Below, piece by piece: positions 1-9,221 of a DNA stretch of 64,000 nt (positions within the stretch are counted from its first letter, which is position 1; each line of letters opens with the position of its first letter). This DNA comes from Candidatus Eremiobacteria bacterium. Lineage in GTDB: Bacteria > Vulcanimicrobiota > Vulcanimicrobiia > Vulcanimicrobiales > Vulcanimicrobiaceae. A program made the translations under genes and the position numbers. The notes beneath the pieces were generated by a model. It saw only the letters and a list, made by a program, of their open reading frames with translations, was not told the DNA's origin and did no database searches. The stretch spans positions 2,144,001-2,208,000 of the forward strand of contig CAVTRC010000001.1 in NCBI GenBank assembly GCA_963737065.1, in the 5' to 3' direction.

Positions 1-187
1 TCAGCGCTTTACGGCCGGCCAATTTGTTCGAGCCGGTATAGGAGTCTTCGCCGTGATCCGGACGTGGTTGCATTTCCGACGCCAGACCCGGCCATGCTTG
101 TGATTGTTCCGGAAACGGCGGCTTGGGATATTGCGGAATCGAACCGCGTTCGCGGGTCGTGCTCGATGTTTGTTGCGTTTCTGGCAT
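1..187 (-). CDS. SDR family oxidoreductase (YghA/YhdF-like), N-terminal part, runs off the window edge
   Basis: Manual translation from ATG 187 (AGGAG upstream): MPETQ...YPKPPFPEQSQAWPGLASEMQPRPDHGEDSYTGSNKLAGRKAL, the typical N-terminal extension of this SDR subfamily. Not in the ORF track. Confidence 0.8.
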   Translation of the reverse strand, partial: MPETQQTSSTTRERGSIPQYPKPPFPEQSQAWPGLASEMQPRPDHGEDSYTGSNKLAGRKAL

Positions 188-233
188 GCTTGTGTCTCCT
201 CGCGACCGTCTGGCAGTACCCATCGTGACAAGC

Positions 234-292
234 ATTACGAATCTAATTGACAGCGCGCCGACATCGCGGTATGGTGCTACTACAAATCTAAT
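234..292 (+). promoter_or_regulatory. sigma70 promoter flanked by two probable BlaI operators
   Basis: TTGACA(247-252)-N17-TATGGT(270-275). Repeats ATTACGAATCTAAT (234-247) and ACTACAAATCTAAT (279-292). Confidence 0.7.
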
Positions 293-305
293 AGCCGGAG
301 AGACC

Positions 306-692
306 GTGCCGAGGAAGAAATCCGCGACGCTTACCGACCACGAACTACGCCTAATGACCGTCTTGTGGCGAGAAGGCCGCGGCACGGTCGCCGACGTGCT
401 TGCCGGGCTCGAACCGCCCGCCCTCGCGTATAGCACCGTGCTAACGACGTTGCGCACGCTCGAACAAAAAGGCTACATCGTACATGAAGAGTACGGCCGG
501 GCATACGTTTACCGCCCGCTAATCGCGCGGAGTGACGCAGCGAAATCGGCGATCGATCATTTGCTCGGGCGCTTTTTCGGAAATTCTCCCGGCGCACTCG
601 CCGTCGCGCTCCTCGACGACGGACCGCTGCATAGAGACGATCTCGCGAAGATTGAACAATTACTTTCGAAGCGGAAGAAGCGCTCGCAATGA
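306..692 (+). CDS. BlaI/MecI/CopY family transcriptional repressor
   Basis: LTDHELRLMTVLW...AYSTVLTTLRTLEQKGY...GRAYVYRP; GTG start after GGAG. Confidence 0.92.
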   Translation: MPRKKSATLTDHELRLMTVLWREGRGTVADVLAGLEPPALAYSTVLTTLRTLEQKGYIVHEEYGRAYVYRPLIARSDAAKSAIDHLLGRFFGNSPGALAVALLDDGPLHRDDLAKIEQLLSKRKKRSQ

Positions 693-1945
693 TCGTAGCA
701 ATACTCGCGAACGGACTTTGGCAGGGAGCGTTCATCGCCGCAATCGCGTTGCTCGCCGCGCGATTATTCGCGCGAGAGAGTGCGTCGACACGGTATGCGA
801 TTTGGCTCGTCGCACTGCTCGCGCTTCCCATTGTCGCGGCGTGCACGACCCTATATCCGATTCATCTTCCGGCGGCCGGCGGCGCGTCAAGTGCAGCCGC
901 ACACATCCGCATAACGCTGGTACGCGCGAACGCGCTCGCCGATCGTGCCACGCCGCTCGCCGTTCCGGCACTCGCGATCTGGATCGCCGGAGCCGTATTG
1001 TCATTCGCGCGGCTGGCCGTAAGCGCTGCCCGGATCGCGCGCGTCAGGCGGAGCGCAAGGCCGTTACTCGGATACGACGACGTGCTGGCTTCGACTGAGA
1101 TCACGATGCCAATAGCAACCGGTATCCTTTCGCCTATCGTCGTTGTCCCGAACGACGTCGCGCAGCGCCTCTCGCCGCCGGATCTCAAGCGGATCGTTGC
1201 GCACGAGCGCGCGCACATCGAACGACGCGATGTTGCGACAAATTTTCTACAGCGTGTGATCGAAGCGGTGTTGTTCTTCAATCCGTGGGTGTACGTGATG
1301 GGTCATTACCTTGTGAAGGAGCGTGAGGCCGCCTCGGACGACGTCGCGGTCGCACGCACCGGCGAGATCGACGGATACGTTACGTGTCTTGCCGCGCTCG
1401 CACGGAATAGGATGACATCGCCGACATCGCTTGTTTCGCCGAGCGCCTTGGGCTCGAGGCGCGCACTCATGCAACGCATAGAGCGCCTCGTCGACGAGCG
1501 CCGGCGTCGTACCCTGAAATTAAATTACTACACATTGGGAGGAACGATCGTGCTCTTTGCTGTCGCGACGCTTGCGTTGCAATTGATTTCACCGGCGTTG
1601 GCTGCATCGAATGATGGAGCGCCACCTGTATCGGCGGCGGTTGCCGCGGCGACGTGCGAGCATCCGAATACGGATGCGAAAGTACTGGTCGCCGCTCAGC
1701 CCAACATTTCAGACGCCGAACTGAAGGTGCAGCATGCTCGCGGCGCGGCGCTCGTCGACGTCACAATCGCAGGCGACGGAAGCGTGCAAAAAACGCGTCT
1801 CGTGAAGTCCAGCGGGTATTCGCTGATCGATCATGCGGCAATCGATGCGGCACGCGCGAGCACGTACAGTGCGGCCACGCGTAATTGCGCCGCCGTTCCT
1901 GGAAACTACATTTTTAGAGTTGACGTCGAACCGGCGGGTGACTAA
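689..1945 (+). CDS. M56 (BlaR1-like) membrane metallopeptidase with C-terminal TonB-like domain
   Basis: TM helices, HERAH zinc motif, FFNP-W and E-A-DD motifs. C-terminal [11 protein letters not shown]...[16 protein letters not shown] resembles TonB_C. ATGA overlap with the repressor gene. Confidence 0.88.
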   Translation: MIVAILANGLWQGAFIAAIALLAARLFARESASTRYAIWLVALLALPIVAACTTLYPIHLPAAGGASSAAAHIRITLVRANALADRATPLAVPALAIWIAGAVLSFARLAVSAARIARVRRSARPLLGYDDVLASTEITMPIATGILSPIVVVPNDVAQRLSPPDLKRIVAHERAHIERRDVATNFLQRVIEAVLFFNPWVYVMGHYLVKEREAASDDVAVARTGEIDGYVTCLAALARNRMTSPTSLVSPSALGSRRALMQRIERLVDERRRRTLKLNYYTLGGTIVLFAVATLALQLISPALAASNDGAPPVSAAVAAATCEHPNTDAKVLVAAQPNISDAELKVQHARGAALVDVTIAGDGSVQKTRLVKSSGYSLIDHAAIDAARASTYSAATRNCAAVPGNYIFRVDVEPAGD

Positions 1946-2235
1946 CCGCCCGCAATTGCACCCACGATCAACAACGGTTCGCTTCCCGACGTGACGGCGT
2001 CGGGAAGCGGTGCGTCGAGTGATTGATGCGAAAGATCGCGCTCGCACGCAAAGAAACGGATGTAGGAACGGCGTCGCTGCGTGTAGTGATCGCGAATCGT
2101 TCCCCGCAGCATCGGATACCGGCTCTCGATCGCGTCGATGACGGTTGCAGCGGTCGCGGGCTCAGCCTCGACCGCGACCTCACCGTCCACGCGTGCGAGC
2201 GCGCGCAAATTTGGCGGCAGTACGACGCGGATCAC
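1942..2235 (-). CDS. MoaD/ThiS family ubiquitin-like protein
   Basis: [11 protein letters not shown]...IESRYPML...AIAGG C-terminal diglycine; GTGA overlap with upstream gene. Confidence 0.85.
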   Translation of the reverse strand: MIRVVLPPNLRALARVDGEVAVEAEPATAATVIDAIESRYPMLRGTIRDHYTQRRRSYIRFFACERDLSHQSLDAPLPDAVTSGSEPLLIVGAIAGG

Positions 2236-3347
2236 TGCAGTGTTTGTACCTCGACCGACAACACCGCGGGCAAATCGTGCACGATCGCGTTCCACGTGTC
2301 TCCACCATTGGCCGAAACGTACACGGCGCCGCCCGTCGTGCCGAAATAGACGCCGCAGCCGTCTAGCTTATCGACCGCCATTGCATCGCGCAGAACGTTG
2401 ACGTAGCAGTTTTCTTGCGGTAATCCGTTCGTCAGCGGCTCCCATTCGTCGCCACCGCTGCGGCTGCGATACACCCTCAACTGTCCGTCCGGCGGGAAAT
2501 GATGCGAGTCGCTTGTGATCGGCACGACGTAGACCGTCTCCGGTTCATGTGCATGTACGTCGATCGGGAAACCGAAGTCGGTCGGCAGATTTCCGCTCAC
2601 TTCACGCCATGAATCACCGGCGTCGTCCGAACGCATCACGTCCCAATGCTTTTGCATGAAGAGCGTTTGCGGCCGTGACGGATGCATCGCAATCCGATGA
2701 ACGCAGTGGCCGACTTCCGCGTCTTCATCCGGGATATATTGCGAGCGCAAACCGCGATTGATCGGCTTCCAAGTTTCGCCGCAGTCATCGGAACGGAACG
2801 CTCCGGCCGCGGAGATGGCCGTATAGATGCGTTGCGGGTCAGACGGGTCTAGAATGACGGTGTGCAAGCACATGCCGCCCGCACCCGGCTGCCAGGACGA
2901 ACCCGTGCTGTGATTGCGCAACCCGGAAAGTTCTCGCCATGTCGCGCCGCCGTCCGTAGATTTGAACAACGCGGCATCTTCGATGCCGGCGTACACCGTG
3001 TCGGGATCGGCGAGCGACGGCTCGAGGTGCCACACGCGTTTGAATTCCCACGGACGGGGCGTGCCGTCGTACCACTGGTGCGTGCCCGGTACGCCGTCAT
3101 AAGCGAATTCGTTGCCGACGGTCTCCCAGGTTTTACCGGCGTCGTCGGAGCGTTGCATGACCTGTCCGAACCAGCTGCTGGTTTGCGAGGCATAAATCCG
3201 GTTCGGATCGACAGGCGACCCTTTGACATGGTAGATTTCCCAGCCGGGAAAGTGCGGCCCGTCGACGCGCCACGCGTCACGCTTCCCGTCGGAACTCAAA
3301 ATGAACGCGCCCTTCCGCGTTCCCACAAGAACTCGCACGCTGCTCAT
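2232..3347 (-). CDS. BNR/Asp-box beta-propeller protein (sialidase/glycosyl hydrolase-like)
   Basis: Repeated S-x-D-x-G-x-T-W Asp boxes; [11 protein letters not shown]-terminus. Confidence 0.85.
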   Translation of the reverse strand: MSSVRVLVGTRKGAFILSSDGKRDAWRVDGPHFPGWEIYHVKGSPVDPNRIYASQTSSWFGQVMQRSDDAGKTWETVGNEFAYDGVPGTHQWYDGTPRPWEFKRVWHLEPSLADPDTVYAGIEDAALFKSTDGGATWRELSGLRNHSTGSSWQPGAGGMCLHTVILDPSDPQRIYTAISAAGAFRSDDCGETWKPINRGLRSQYIPDEDAEVGHCVHRIAMHPSRPQTLFMQKHWDVMRSDDAGDSWREVSGNLPTDFGFPIDVHAHEPETVYVVPITSDSHHFPPDGQLRVYRSRSGGDEWEPLTNGLPQENCYVNVLRDAMAVDKLDGCGVYFGTTGGAVYVSANGGDTWNAIVHDLPAVLSVEVQTLQ

Positions 3348-3410
3348 GGCGTGCGACTAGCCCGCCGGCTTGCGCCCCTCCTTCATTAAGATGCCGGCGC
3401 GTGGCGGCCG

Positions 3411-3608
3411 ATGGTATCGAGTGTGAGCGTTCTCCCTCTCTCGGTCTCCGTCTCGTGGGCGATTTCGCAGTACCGCCAGGTGTTGTCCGTCATCGCGTCG
3501 CGTACGGAGTCCTTGCGCCAGATCGTCAAGACGCCCAAAGAGTCGCCCGAGCTGCGTCAATATCTGCGCTCGATCGGAATCGGACGGAATATCGACATCT
3601 ACGCGTAA
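3411..3608 (+). CDS. small hypothetical protein
   Basis: 65 aa, fills the gap before the cupin gene; ends GIGRNIDIYA. Confidence 0.5.
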   Translation: MVSSVSVLPLSVSVSWAISQYRQVLSVIASRTESLRQIVKTPKESPELRQYLRSIGIGRNIDIYA

Positions 3609-3618
3609 CGACGCGTAG

Positions 3619-4098
3619 ATGCGCAAAGTCAATGTCAACGAACTCGAAGAGCCGGGCTGGCATTCACCCAAAGGCACGTTTCAAGGATCGAGCAAGAACA
3701 TTTCGTTAGCCCTCGGCCGCGATCCCGACTCGTCCGACTATATCGAGCGCCAGCCCTTCGATCTCGAACTCCTTCGGATTCCGCCTGGGAAGAAACCTTA
3801 TCCGTATCACGCGCACAGCCATCAGTGGGAATTTTATCTCGTCGTCTCGGGAAGCGGGCTCGCGCGTGACGATGACGGTACGACGCGCATCGTCGCTGGT
3901 GACGCGTTCCTGTATAAGCCCGGCGAAGCGCACCAACTCATCAACGACGGTGACGAGGATTTGCTCCTCTACGTCATTGCGGATAACCCGTTTAACGACC
4001 ACGCGTACTATCCCGACAGTCAGAAGTGGTCGGTGAAGATTCCGGTGCGCCGGTTGCTGCGAGGCGACGATCTGGAGTACTTCGACCGAGAAGAGTAG
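3619..4098 (+). CDS. cupin domain protein
   Basis: PYHAHSHQWEFYLVVSG and GDAFLYKPGEAHQLIN cupin motifs. Confidence 0.9.
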   Translation: MRKVNVNELEEPGWHSPKGTFQGSSKNISLALGRDPDSSDYIERQPFDLELLRIPPGKKPYPYHAHSHQWEFYLVVSGSGLARDDDGTTRIVAGDAFLYKPGEAHQLINDGDEDLLLYVIADNPFNDHAYYPDSQKWSVKIPVRRLLRGDDLEYFDREE

Positions 4099-4224
4099 GG
4101 ACAAGACGTTTGGCGTACAGGCTGTCGCCCGGCTTAACCGCAGGGCCAAAGGCCGCCGCTCATTCCCGTGCAAGCGGGGCTGGTAGATCGAAACACTTTC
4201 TATGAGTAGGAGAACGACGAGATT

Positions 4225-5652
4225 ATGCCGGAATTGCGCGAGTTTCTCGAGCTGCCGTACACCGAACTCGAAGAGATGAACTTGGCTGCGAAGCAGCAGC
4301 GCAAGGATCGGATCTCGCCCGGCAAAGTCGCCGACGAGCGTCTGCAGTATCTCGGGAAGGAGCCGCGGATCAAGGCCGTCACCGTGCTGTTCAGCGACCT
4401 CGAAGGACGCCTGCACATGCTGGACTACGATAAGAAGTTTTTGTTAAAGTCCCACGATAATCTGACGTTCGACGGCTCGTCGATTCGCGGATTCACCGCG
4501 CAGCGTGAAAGCGATCTTCGGCTTTCGCTCGACTGGGCATCGTTTTATTGGGCGCCCGCAGATTGCTTCGGTGCCGGCAAGGTGCTCGTTTTCGCCGACG
4601 TGCTCAATCGCGACGGCACGCCGTTTGCAGCCGATGTGCGTGGTGTTTTGAAGGCGTTTTCGCAACAGTGTTTCGATCGTGACGGCTACACGCTCAATGC
4701 CGCGAACGAAATCGAAGGTTTCCTCTTTGAAGGCGTGGATGCCGAGCAGTGCTTTCCGGAAAAGGGCCGCTTCTCATACGTCAACACCGGCGGCTACTAC
4801 CATTCGCTGCCGGGTGATCCGCTTCGCACGTTCATCGATACGGTTGCCGAAGTGCAGCGCGCGATGGGCTTCGAGAACGAGAAAGATCACCCGGAAGTCG
4901 CGCCGTCGCAATTCGAGATCAACTACGGCTATGGCGAAGTCGTTGCCGGTGCCGATCAAATTCAACTGTACAAATTGATCTGCCGTCAAGTTGCGACGCG
5001 CATGGGATTGACTGCGAGCTTCCTCCCCAAACCGGTCGTCGGCGTCAACGGCAGCGGCATGCACACGAACGTCTCGGTGAGCAAAGACGGAAAGAATCTC
5101 TTCTGGGACCCGAGCGGCGAAGAGAAGATGAGCCAGACCGCGTGGCAGTTCATCGATCGCATCCTGACGCACGGCAACGATATTTGCTTGATGCTCAACG
5201 CGAGTGTCAACGCGTACCGGCGGCTCGATCCGCATTTCGAAGCGCCCAATCAAATCAAGGCATCGGCGGTCGATCGCGGATCAATGGTTCGCATTCCGAT
5301 CGGGAACGAACGCAGCGCGCGCGTCGAAGTCCGCTCGGTCGCGCCGGACGCGAATCCCTACATGGTCATGCTTTCAGTGTTCAAGACCGGCCTCGAAGGC
5401 GAGATCAGTTCGCAAACCGGCTTGCGTCAGGCCGAGCGCTACTTGCCCGACAACATCTACGACGCACTCGAGAACTTCCGCAACGCCGAGTGGACATCGC
5501 AGCTGCTCGCTCCGGACGTCAAACAGCGCTACGCCGAACTCAAACAAGCAAGTGCCGATCGTTGCGCGCGCTTACTGGGCAGCTTCGTGAAAGCGCCCGA
5601 GGTGCAATATCATCACGAAGTATACAACCAGTATCTTTGGAACGATTTCTGA
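4225..5652 (+). CDS. glnA: glutamine synthetase family protein
   Basis: FDGSSIRG, HPEVAPSQFEIN, FLPKP..G.NGSGMH, EVRSVAPDANPY motifs. Confidence 0.9.
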   Translation: MPELREFLELPYTELEEMNLAAKQQRKDRISPGKVADERLQYLGKEPRIKAVTVLFSDLEGRLHMLDYDKKFLLKSHDNLTFDGSSIRGFTAQRESDLRLSLDWASFYWAPADCFGAGKVLVFADVLNRDGTPFAADVRGVLKAFSQQCFDRDGYTLNAANEIEGFLFEGVDAEQCFPEKGRFSYVNTGGYYHSLPGDPLRTFIDTVAEVQRAMGFENEKDHPEVAPSQFEINYGYGEVVAGADQIQLYKLICRQVATRMGLTASFLPKPVVGVNGSGMHTNVSVSKDGKNLFWDPSGEEKMSQTAWQFIDRILTHGNDICLMLNASVNAYRRLDPHFEAPNQIKASAVDRGSMVRIPIGNERSARVEVRSVAPDANPYMVMLSVFKTGLEGEISSQTGLRQAERYLPDNIYDALENFRNAEWTSQLLAPDVKQRYAELKQASADRCARLLGSFVKAPEVQYHHEVYNQYLWNDF

Positions 5653-6261
5653 GATGGGATAAATCTGTTTTGAGCTGGCGTGGATTCGGGCGGCCTCTCT
5701 TTTATCTGAATCCTTAGGCGCTTTAGCCGCGATCGCGACGATCGCGATAGACCGCGCGCGCCGATCGCGACGAGCCGCAGTTCGATCCGGAACGTAATCT
5801 GTTCGCGGAAGCGCTCGACACGGCGACTGTACACGAGGCGTACGGTTCCAGCGCTCGCGACGTTGTGACGTCGCTCGATTCCGTTGCAAATGAGCGCGTG
5901 GATCTCGAAACGCGCGCAACGCTACCGAATCTCGAAGAAGATTGGCAGCGTGCCGTCGACGCACATAAGACGCACCCTACCGGCGATGCGCAAGACTCGA
6001 CCGGCGCGCGCGTGATGCACTCGCCGATGCCCAACGCCGATCGCGTATTAGCGACGTCGAGCGCCATCGCCGGCGTCGTGCTTGAGCACTTCGAGTTTCC
6101 GGTGTGGTTCGGGGCCGGGCAGTTCGTCGTTCTGCATTGACATTCGATCACCGCATCCATGTGCGCAGCAGTACGCCCCGAACGTGAGCGTTCATTTACG
6201 CGCTGGCCGCGGCGATCGACCGCGGCGGGTCCGCGACCCACTTCGCCGAATCGTTAGGACC

Positions 6262-6501
6262 ATGGCCGAGCTTGCGTACAGCGTGATACTTGAACCCGAA
6301 CCCGATGGCTCCGCCTGGAACGTCGTCGTTCCCGCACTACCCGAGGCCCACACGTGGGGCGAGACCCCCGAGCACGCGATGGAGATGGCCCGCGAGGTCA
6401 TCGAGCTTTGCCTCGAAGAACGGCGTGATCGCGGCGATGAGATTCCGGTCAGCGATGCGGCCCGGACACGCCTCGTCACCGTAACCGTCCCCGCGGCGTA
6501 A
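6262..6501 (+). CDS. hicB: HicB family antitoxin
   Basis: YSVILEPEPDG..W.VVVPALPEAHTWGET.E.A.EMAREVIEL. Confidence 0.88.
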   Translation: MAELAYSVILEPEPDGSAWNVVVPALPEAHTWGETPEHAMEMAREVIELCLEERRDRGDEIPVSDAARTRLVTVTVPAA

Positions 6502-6699
6502 GCGCGGTCCCATGATGGAACGACCCGTGCGCCGGCTCGCCGGCGGATTTTCTACTGGCCGGCGGACAGGTTCGCGACCCCGGCGTATAAATATATATCA
6601 GGCGATGAACGTCGCCACACCAGCAGCAGCAATCACATTCACGGTCGCCACGCTCGCGGCGCTCTTATTCAGTCCGGGACCTTTTAGGAGCGCCCTGCC

Positions 6700-6930
6700 G
6701 TGAGCAACAAACTACCCGTAGTTCGTCCCGACCGTCTGCTGCGCGTGCTGTTGCGCCTTGGATTCGCGGAAACGCGCGTCAAAGGTTCGCACCATTTCTT
6801 GCGTCATCCAGACGGCCGCGTCACGACCGTTTCGACGCACGGCGGCTCAAAAGAAGTGCCGACCGGAACGCTCGCGGCGATTCTTTCCGATGTTCGCATA
6901 ACGGCCGACGAGCTGCGGAACTTGCTCTAA
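6700..6930 (+). CDS. hicA: HicA family mRNA interferase toxin
   Basis: LLRLGF...RVKGSHHFLRHPDGRVTTV..H..KEVPTGTLAAIL; AGGAG RBS. Confidence 0.9.
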   Translation: MSNKLPVVRPDRLLRVLLRLGFAETRVKGSHHFLRHPDGRVTTVSTHGGSKEVPTGTLAAILSDVRITADELRNLL

Positions 6931-7143
6931 AGTGTGATAACCGTATCGCGACTGCCATGTTCATGGTCATCCTCGAACCAGTACTGACCGCAAACTATAA
7001 GCTTTGCTGCTGCGTTCGTGCCAACCGCAACTGCAGAGCGTCCTTACGAGTGATCGCAGCTCCAATTTGACGTGCAAGAGAGCCTGATCGAAGTTGAATA
7101 CGGCGAGCGAGAAACATTCCGAATGGACGGCGACTTAGTGGAC

Positions 7144-7509
7144 TTAGCATATATTGCCCGGACGAGTGTCGTTTTCGCCGGCAAGAGGCCCCCACTCGGC
7201 GTGGTTTGCTTCGTCACCCGCCTCCTCGCGACGCATCTCAGCATGGGCTTTCGCTTTAAGCTGATTCGGAGGCGGCTCGACGTACCAGCTGACCGACTTT
7301 CCAGAACCTAGTTCGAAGCCCGCATCACGAAGGGCCCGCGCTTCTTTGAACCCATAGAAGCAGCGCGGAAAGAACAAAATGCCCGCAATAGCAGTCGCAG
7401 CCATCCAGATAGGAGACCAATGGGATACACTGCCGCCGACAATCGCGCACACCAGCGCAGATGCGAAACCGAAGAACGTCGAGTGCGCGCGTAACACCGT
7501 CGAGTTCAT
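7144..7509 (-). CDS. hypothetical membrane protein
   Basis: Two hydrophobic segments; no recognised family. Confidence 0.45.
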   Translation of the reverse strand: MNSTVLRAHSTFFGFASALVCAIVGGSVSHWSPIWMAATAIAGILFFPRCFYGFKEARALRDAGFELGSGKSVSWYVEPPPNQLKAKAHAEMRREEAGDEANHAEWGPLAGENDTRPGNIC

Positions 7510-7835
7510 TCTAAGAATACCAATGTAAACCGAGATTCCCCAATATGACGCCGTTTCGAGCCGCTGCCGAATGCTTCCGGCCGCTTTTTGCGGTCCTGGA
7601 CAAGCCGAACGGTCGATTGGCGGTTCGCCGGCGTCTTTGGCGGCCCGTGCGGCGGCGAGAATTCCTATCGCGGGGCCCTGAATGACAAGCTATCCTGCGG
7701 GTACTCGTACGGCGGCCTCTGCAATAAACGATAGTGGAGCGCGCTAGCGTAGGTGGGAATTTCAGCAAGAAGTGATCGCCGTTTAAGAATTCAATTCTAC
7801 GCAATATCTCGCACCGCGATTTTGTCGCGCGAGCA

Positions 7836-8222
7836 CTAGTTTCTTCGGTTCTCATTGACGGCGATGGCGCTCGAAATACCGCTCTGGGCCTTACGCTTGA
7901 GGTACGCGTTCCAACGCGCATAGCCCCACCACAGGGCGCAGCCGATGGCAAACAGGATGCTTCCGACGAGCCACAAATGGGCTGCGGCAAACAAGACTCC
8001 CGCTACGAGAAGCAGCACGATGAACGGTATCAAAACGAAGCCAATGATGCGTTCGTGTAAACGATTGCCCGGTTTATAAATGACGAACATCAGGACGATG
8101 CCGATGTTCGTCAACAGCATCGTACCCCATGAGGCGGCCCCCTGGAGCGCGAAGTGGTTGAGAATTGCCGCCGTGAACGTTAGGGCAAGTGCGATAATGA
8201 GAATGATGTCGTTTCGTTTCAT
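7836..8222 (-). CDS. hypothetical 4-TM membrane protein
   Basis: Four clear hydrophobic helices and a basic C-terminal tail. Confidence 0.65.
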   Translation of the reverse strand: MKRNDIILIIALALTFTAAILNHFALQGAASWGTMLLTNIGIVLMFVIYKPGNRLHERIIGFVLIPFIVLLLVAGVLFAAAHLWLVGSILFAIGCALWWGYARWNAYLKRKAQSGISSAIAVNENRRN

Positions 8223-8416
8223 GAGCGATTTCGTTGACGTCGTCGTTTGTACAGCCCGACGTTGCCCGATGGACTGGCCACGTTTGATCGTGACTTAAAT
8301 CCGTTCAAATTATTCTTGGACTCGACCTCTTCGTGATGCCGGGCCTCGTCTGCTAAAGCGAACGCTCGTACTGCCTGCTTGAATCCGTATAAACGCTGAC
8401 GCGCTAAACTATCCCT

Positions 8417-9181
8417 ATGCATGAACTGCGGAATACCGTTGCGCTCGTTACGGGCGCGAGTTCAGGAATAGGTGAGGCGACCGCACGCGCGCTTGCCGAA
8501 TGCGGCGCGAACATCGCGGTCGCGGCTCGCCGCCGCGACCGCCTTGAGACGTTGCGTGTGGCGGTTGAAGAGCGCGGAGGATCGGTGCACGTCCTTGAAG
8601 CGGACGTTACGGATCCGTCGCAAGCGGAATCGATCGTCAAAGAAACGCTCGAGGCGTTTGGCCGTCTTGATGTGCTCGTGAATAACGCCGGCGTAATGCT
8701 TCTCGGACCGGTCGTCAACGCACCGGTCGAAGAATGGCATCGAATGATCGATCTCAATGTCACTGCGCTCTTGCGATGCACGCACGCTGCATTACCGCAC
8801 CTCATCGACGCGGCGCAGAACGGACCGCGCCGCGTGGCGGACATCGTGAACATCAGCTCGGTCGCCGGCCGTGTTGCGCGAGCGAATTCCGGCGTCTACA
8901 ACGCAACGAAATTCGCCGTGGGTGCATTCAGCGAATCGCTGCGGCAAGAGGTTACAACGCAACACGTGCGGGTCGGCGTAGTCGAGCCTGGCTTTGTCAC
9001 GACCGAACTACAAAGTCACCTGCGTCCGGAAGTGGCGGAATCGTTGAAGGACCGCGTTGCCGCGATCACTGAACCGCTTCGCTCGCACGATATCGCCGAC
9101 GCAATTCTCTACATGGTGACACGTCCGCGGCACATGGCCGTCAACGAAATATTGATCCGGCCGACACAACAGGAAGGCTAG
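8417..9181 (+). CDS. SDR family NAD(P)-dependent oxidoreductase
   Basis: TGASSGIG, NNAG, YNATK motifs. Confidence 0.93.
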   Translation: MHELRNTVALVTGASSGIGEATARALAECGANIAVAARRRDRLETLRVAVEERGGSVHVLEADVTDPSQAESIVKETLEAFGRLDVLVNNAGVMLLGPVVNAPVEEWHRMIDLNVTALLRCTHAALPHLIDAAQNGPRRVADIVNISSVAGRVARANSGVYNATKFAVGAFSESLRQEVTTQHVRVGVVEPGFVTTELQSHLRPEVAESLKDRVAAITEPLRSHDIADAILYMVTRPRHMAVNEILIRPTQQEG

Positions 9182-9221
9182 CGCGAGAAGAAGCATTGAG
9201 GCCGTAAACAAGGAGGCGTCG

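Noticed and set aside
4099..4224. Glutamine riboswitch or sigma54 promoter upstream of glnA
   Set aside because: The consensus elements are not present
5720..6240. Cys-rich minus-strand ORF and a 91-aa plus-strand ORF downstream of glnA
   Set aside because: No recognisable motif or convincing start; I cannot decide which, if either, is coding
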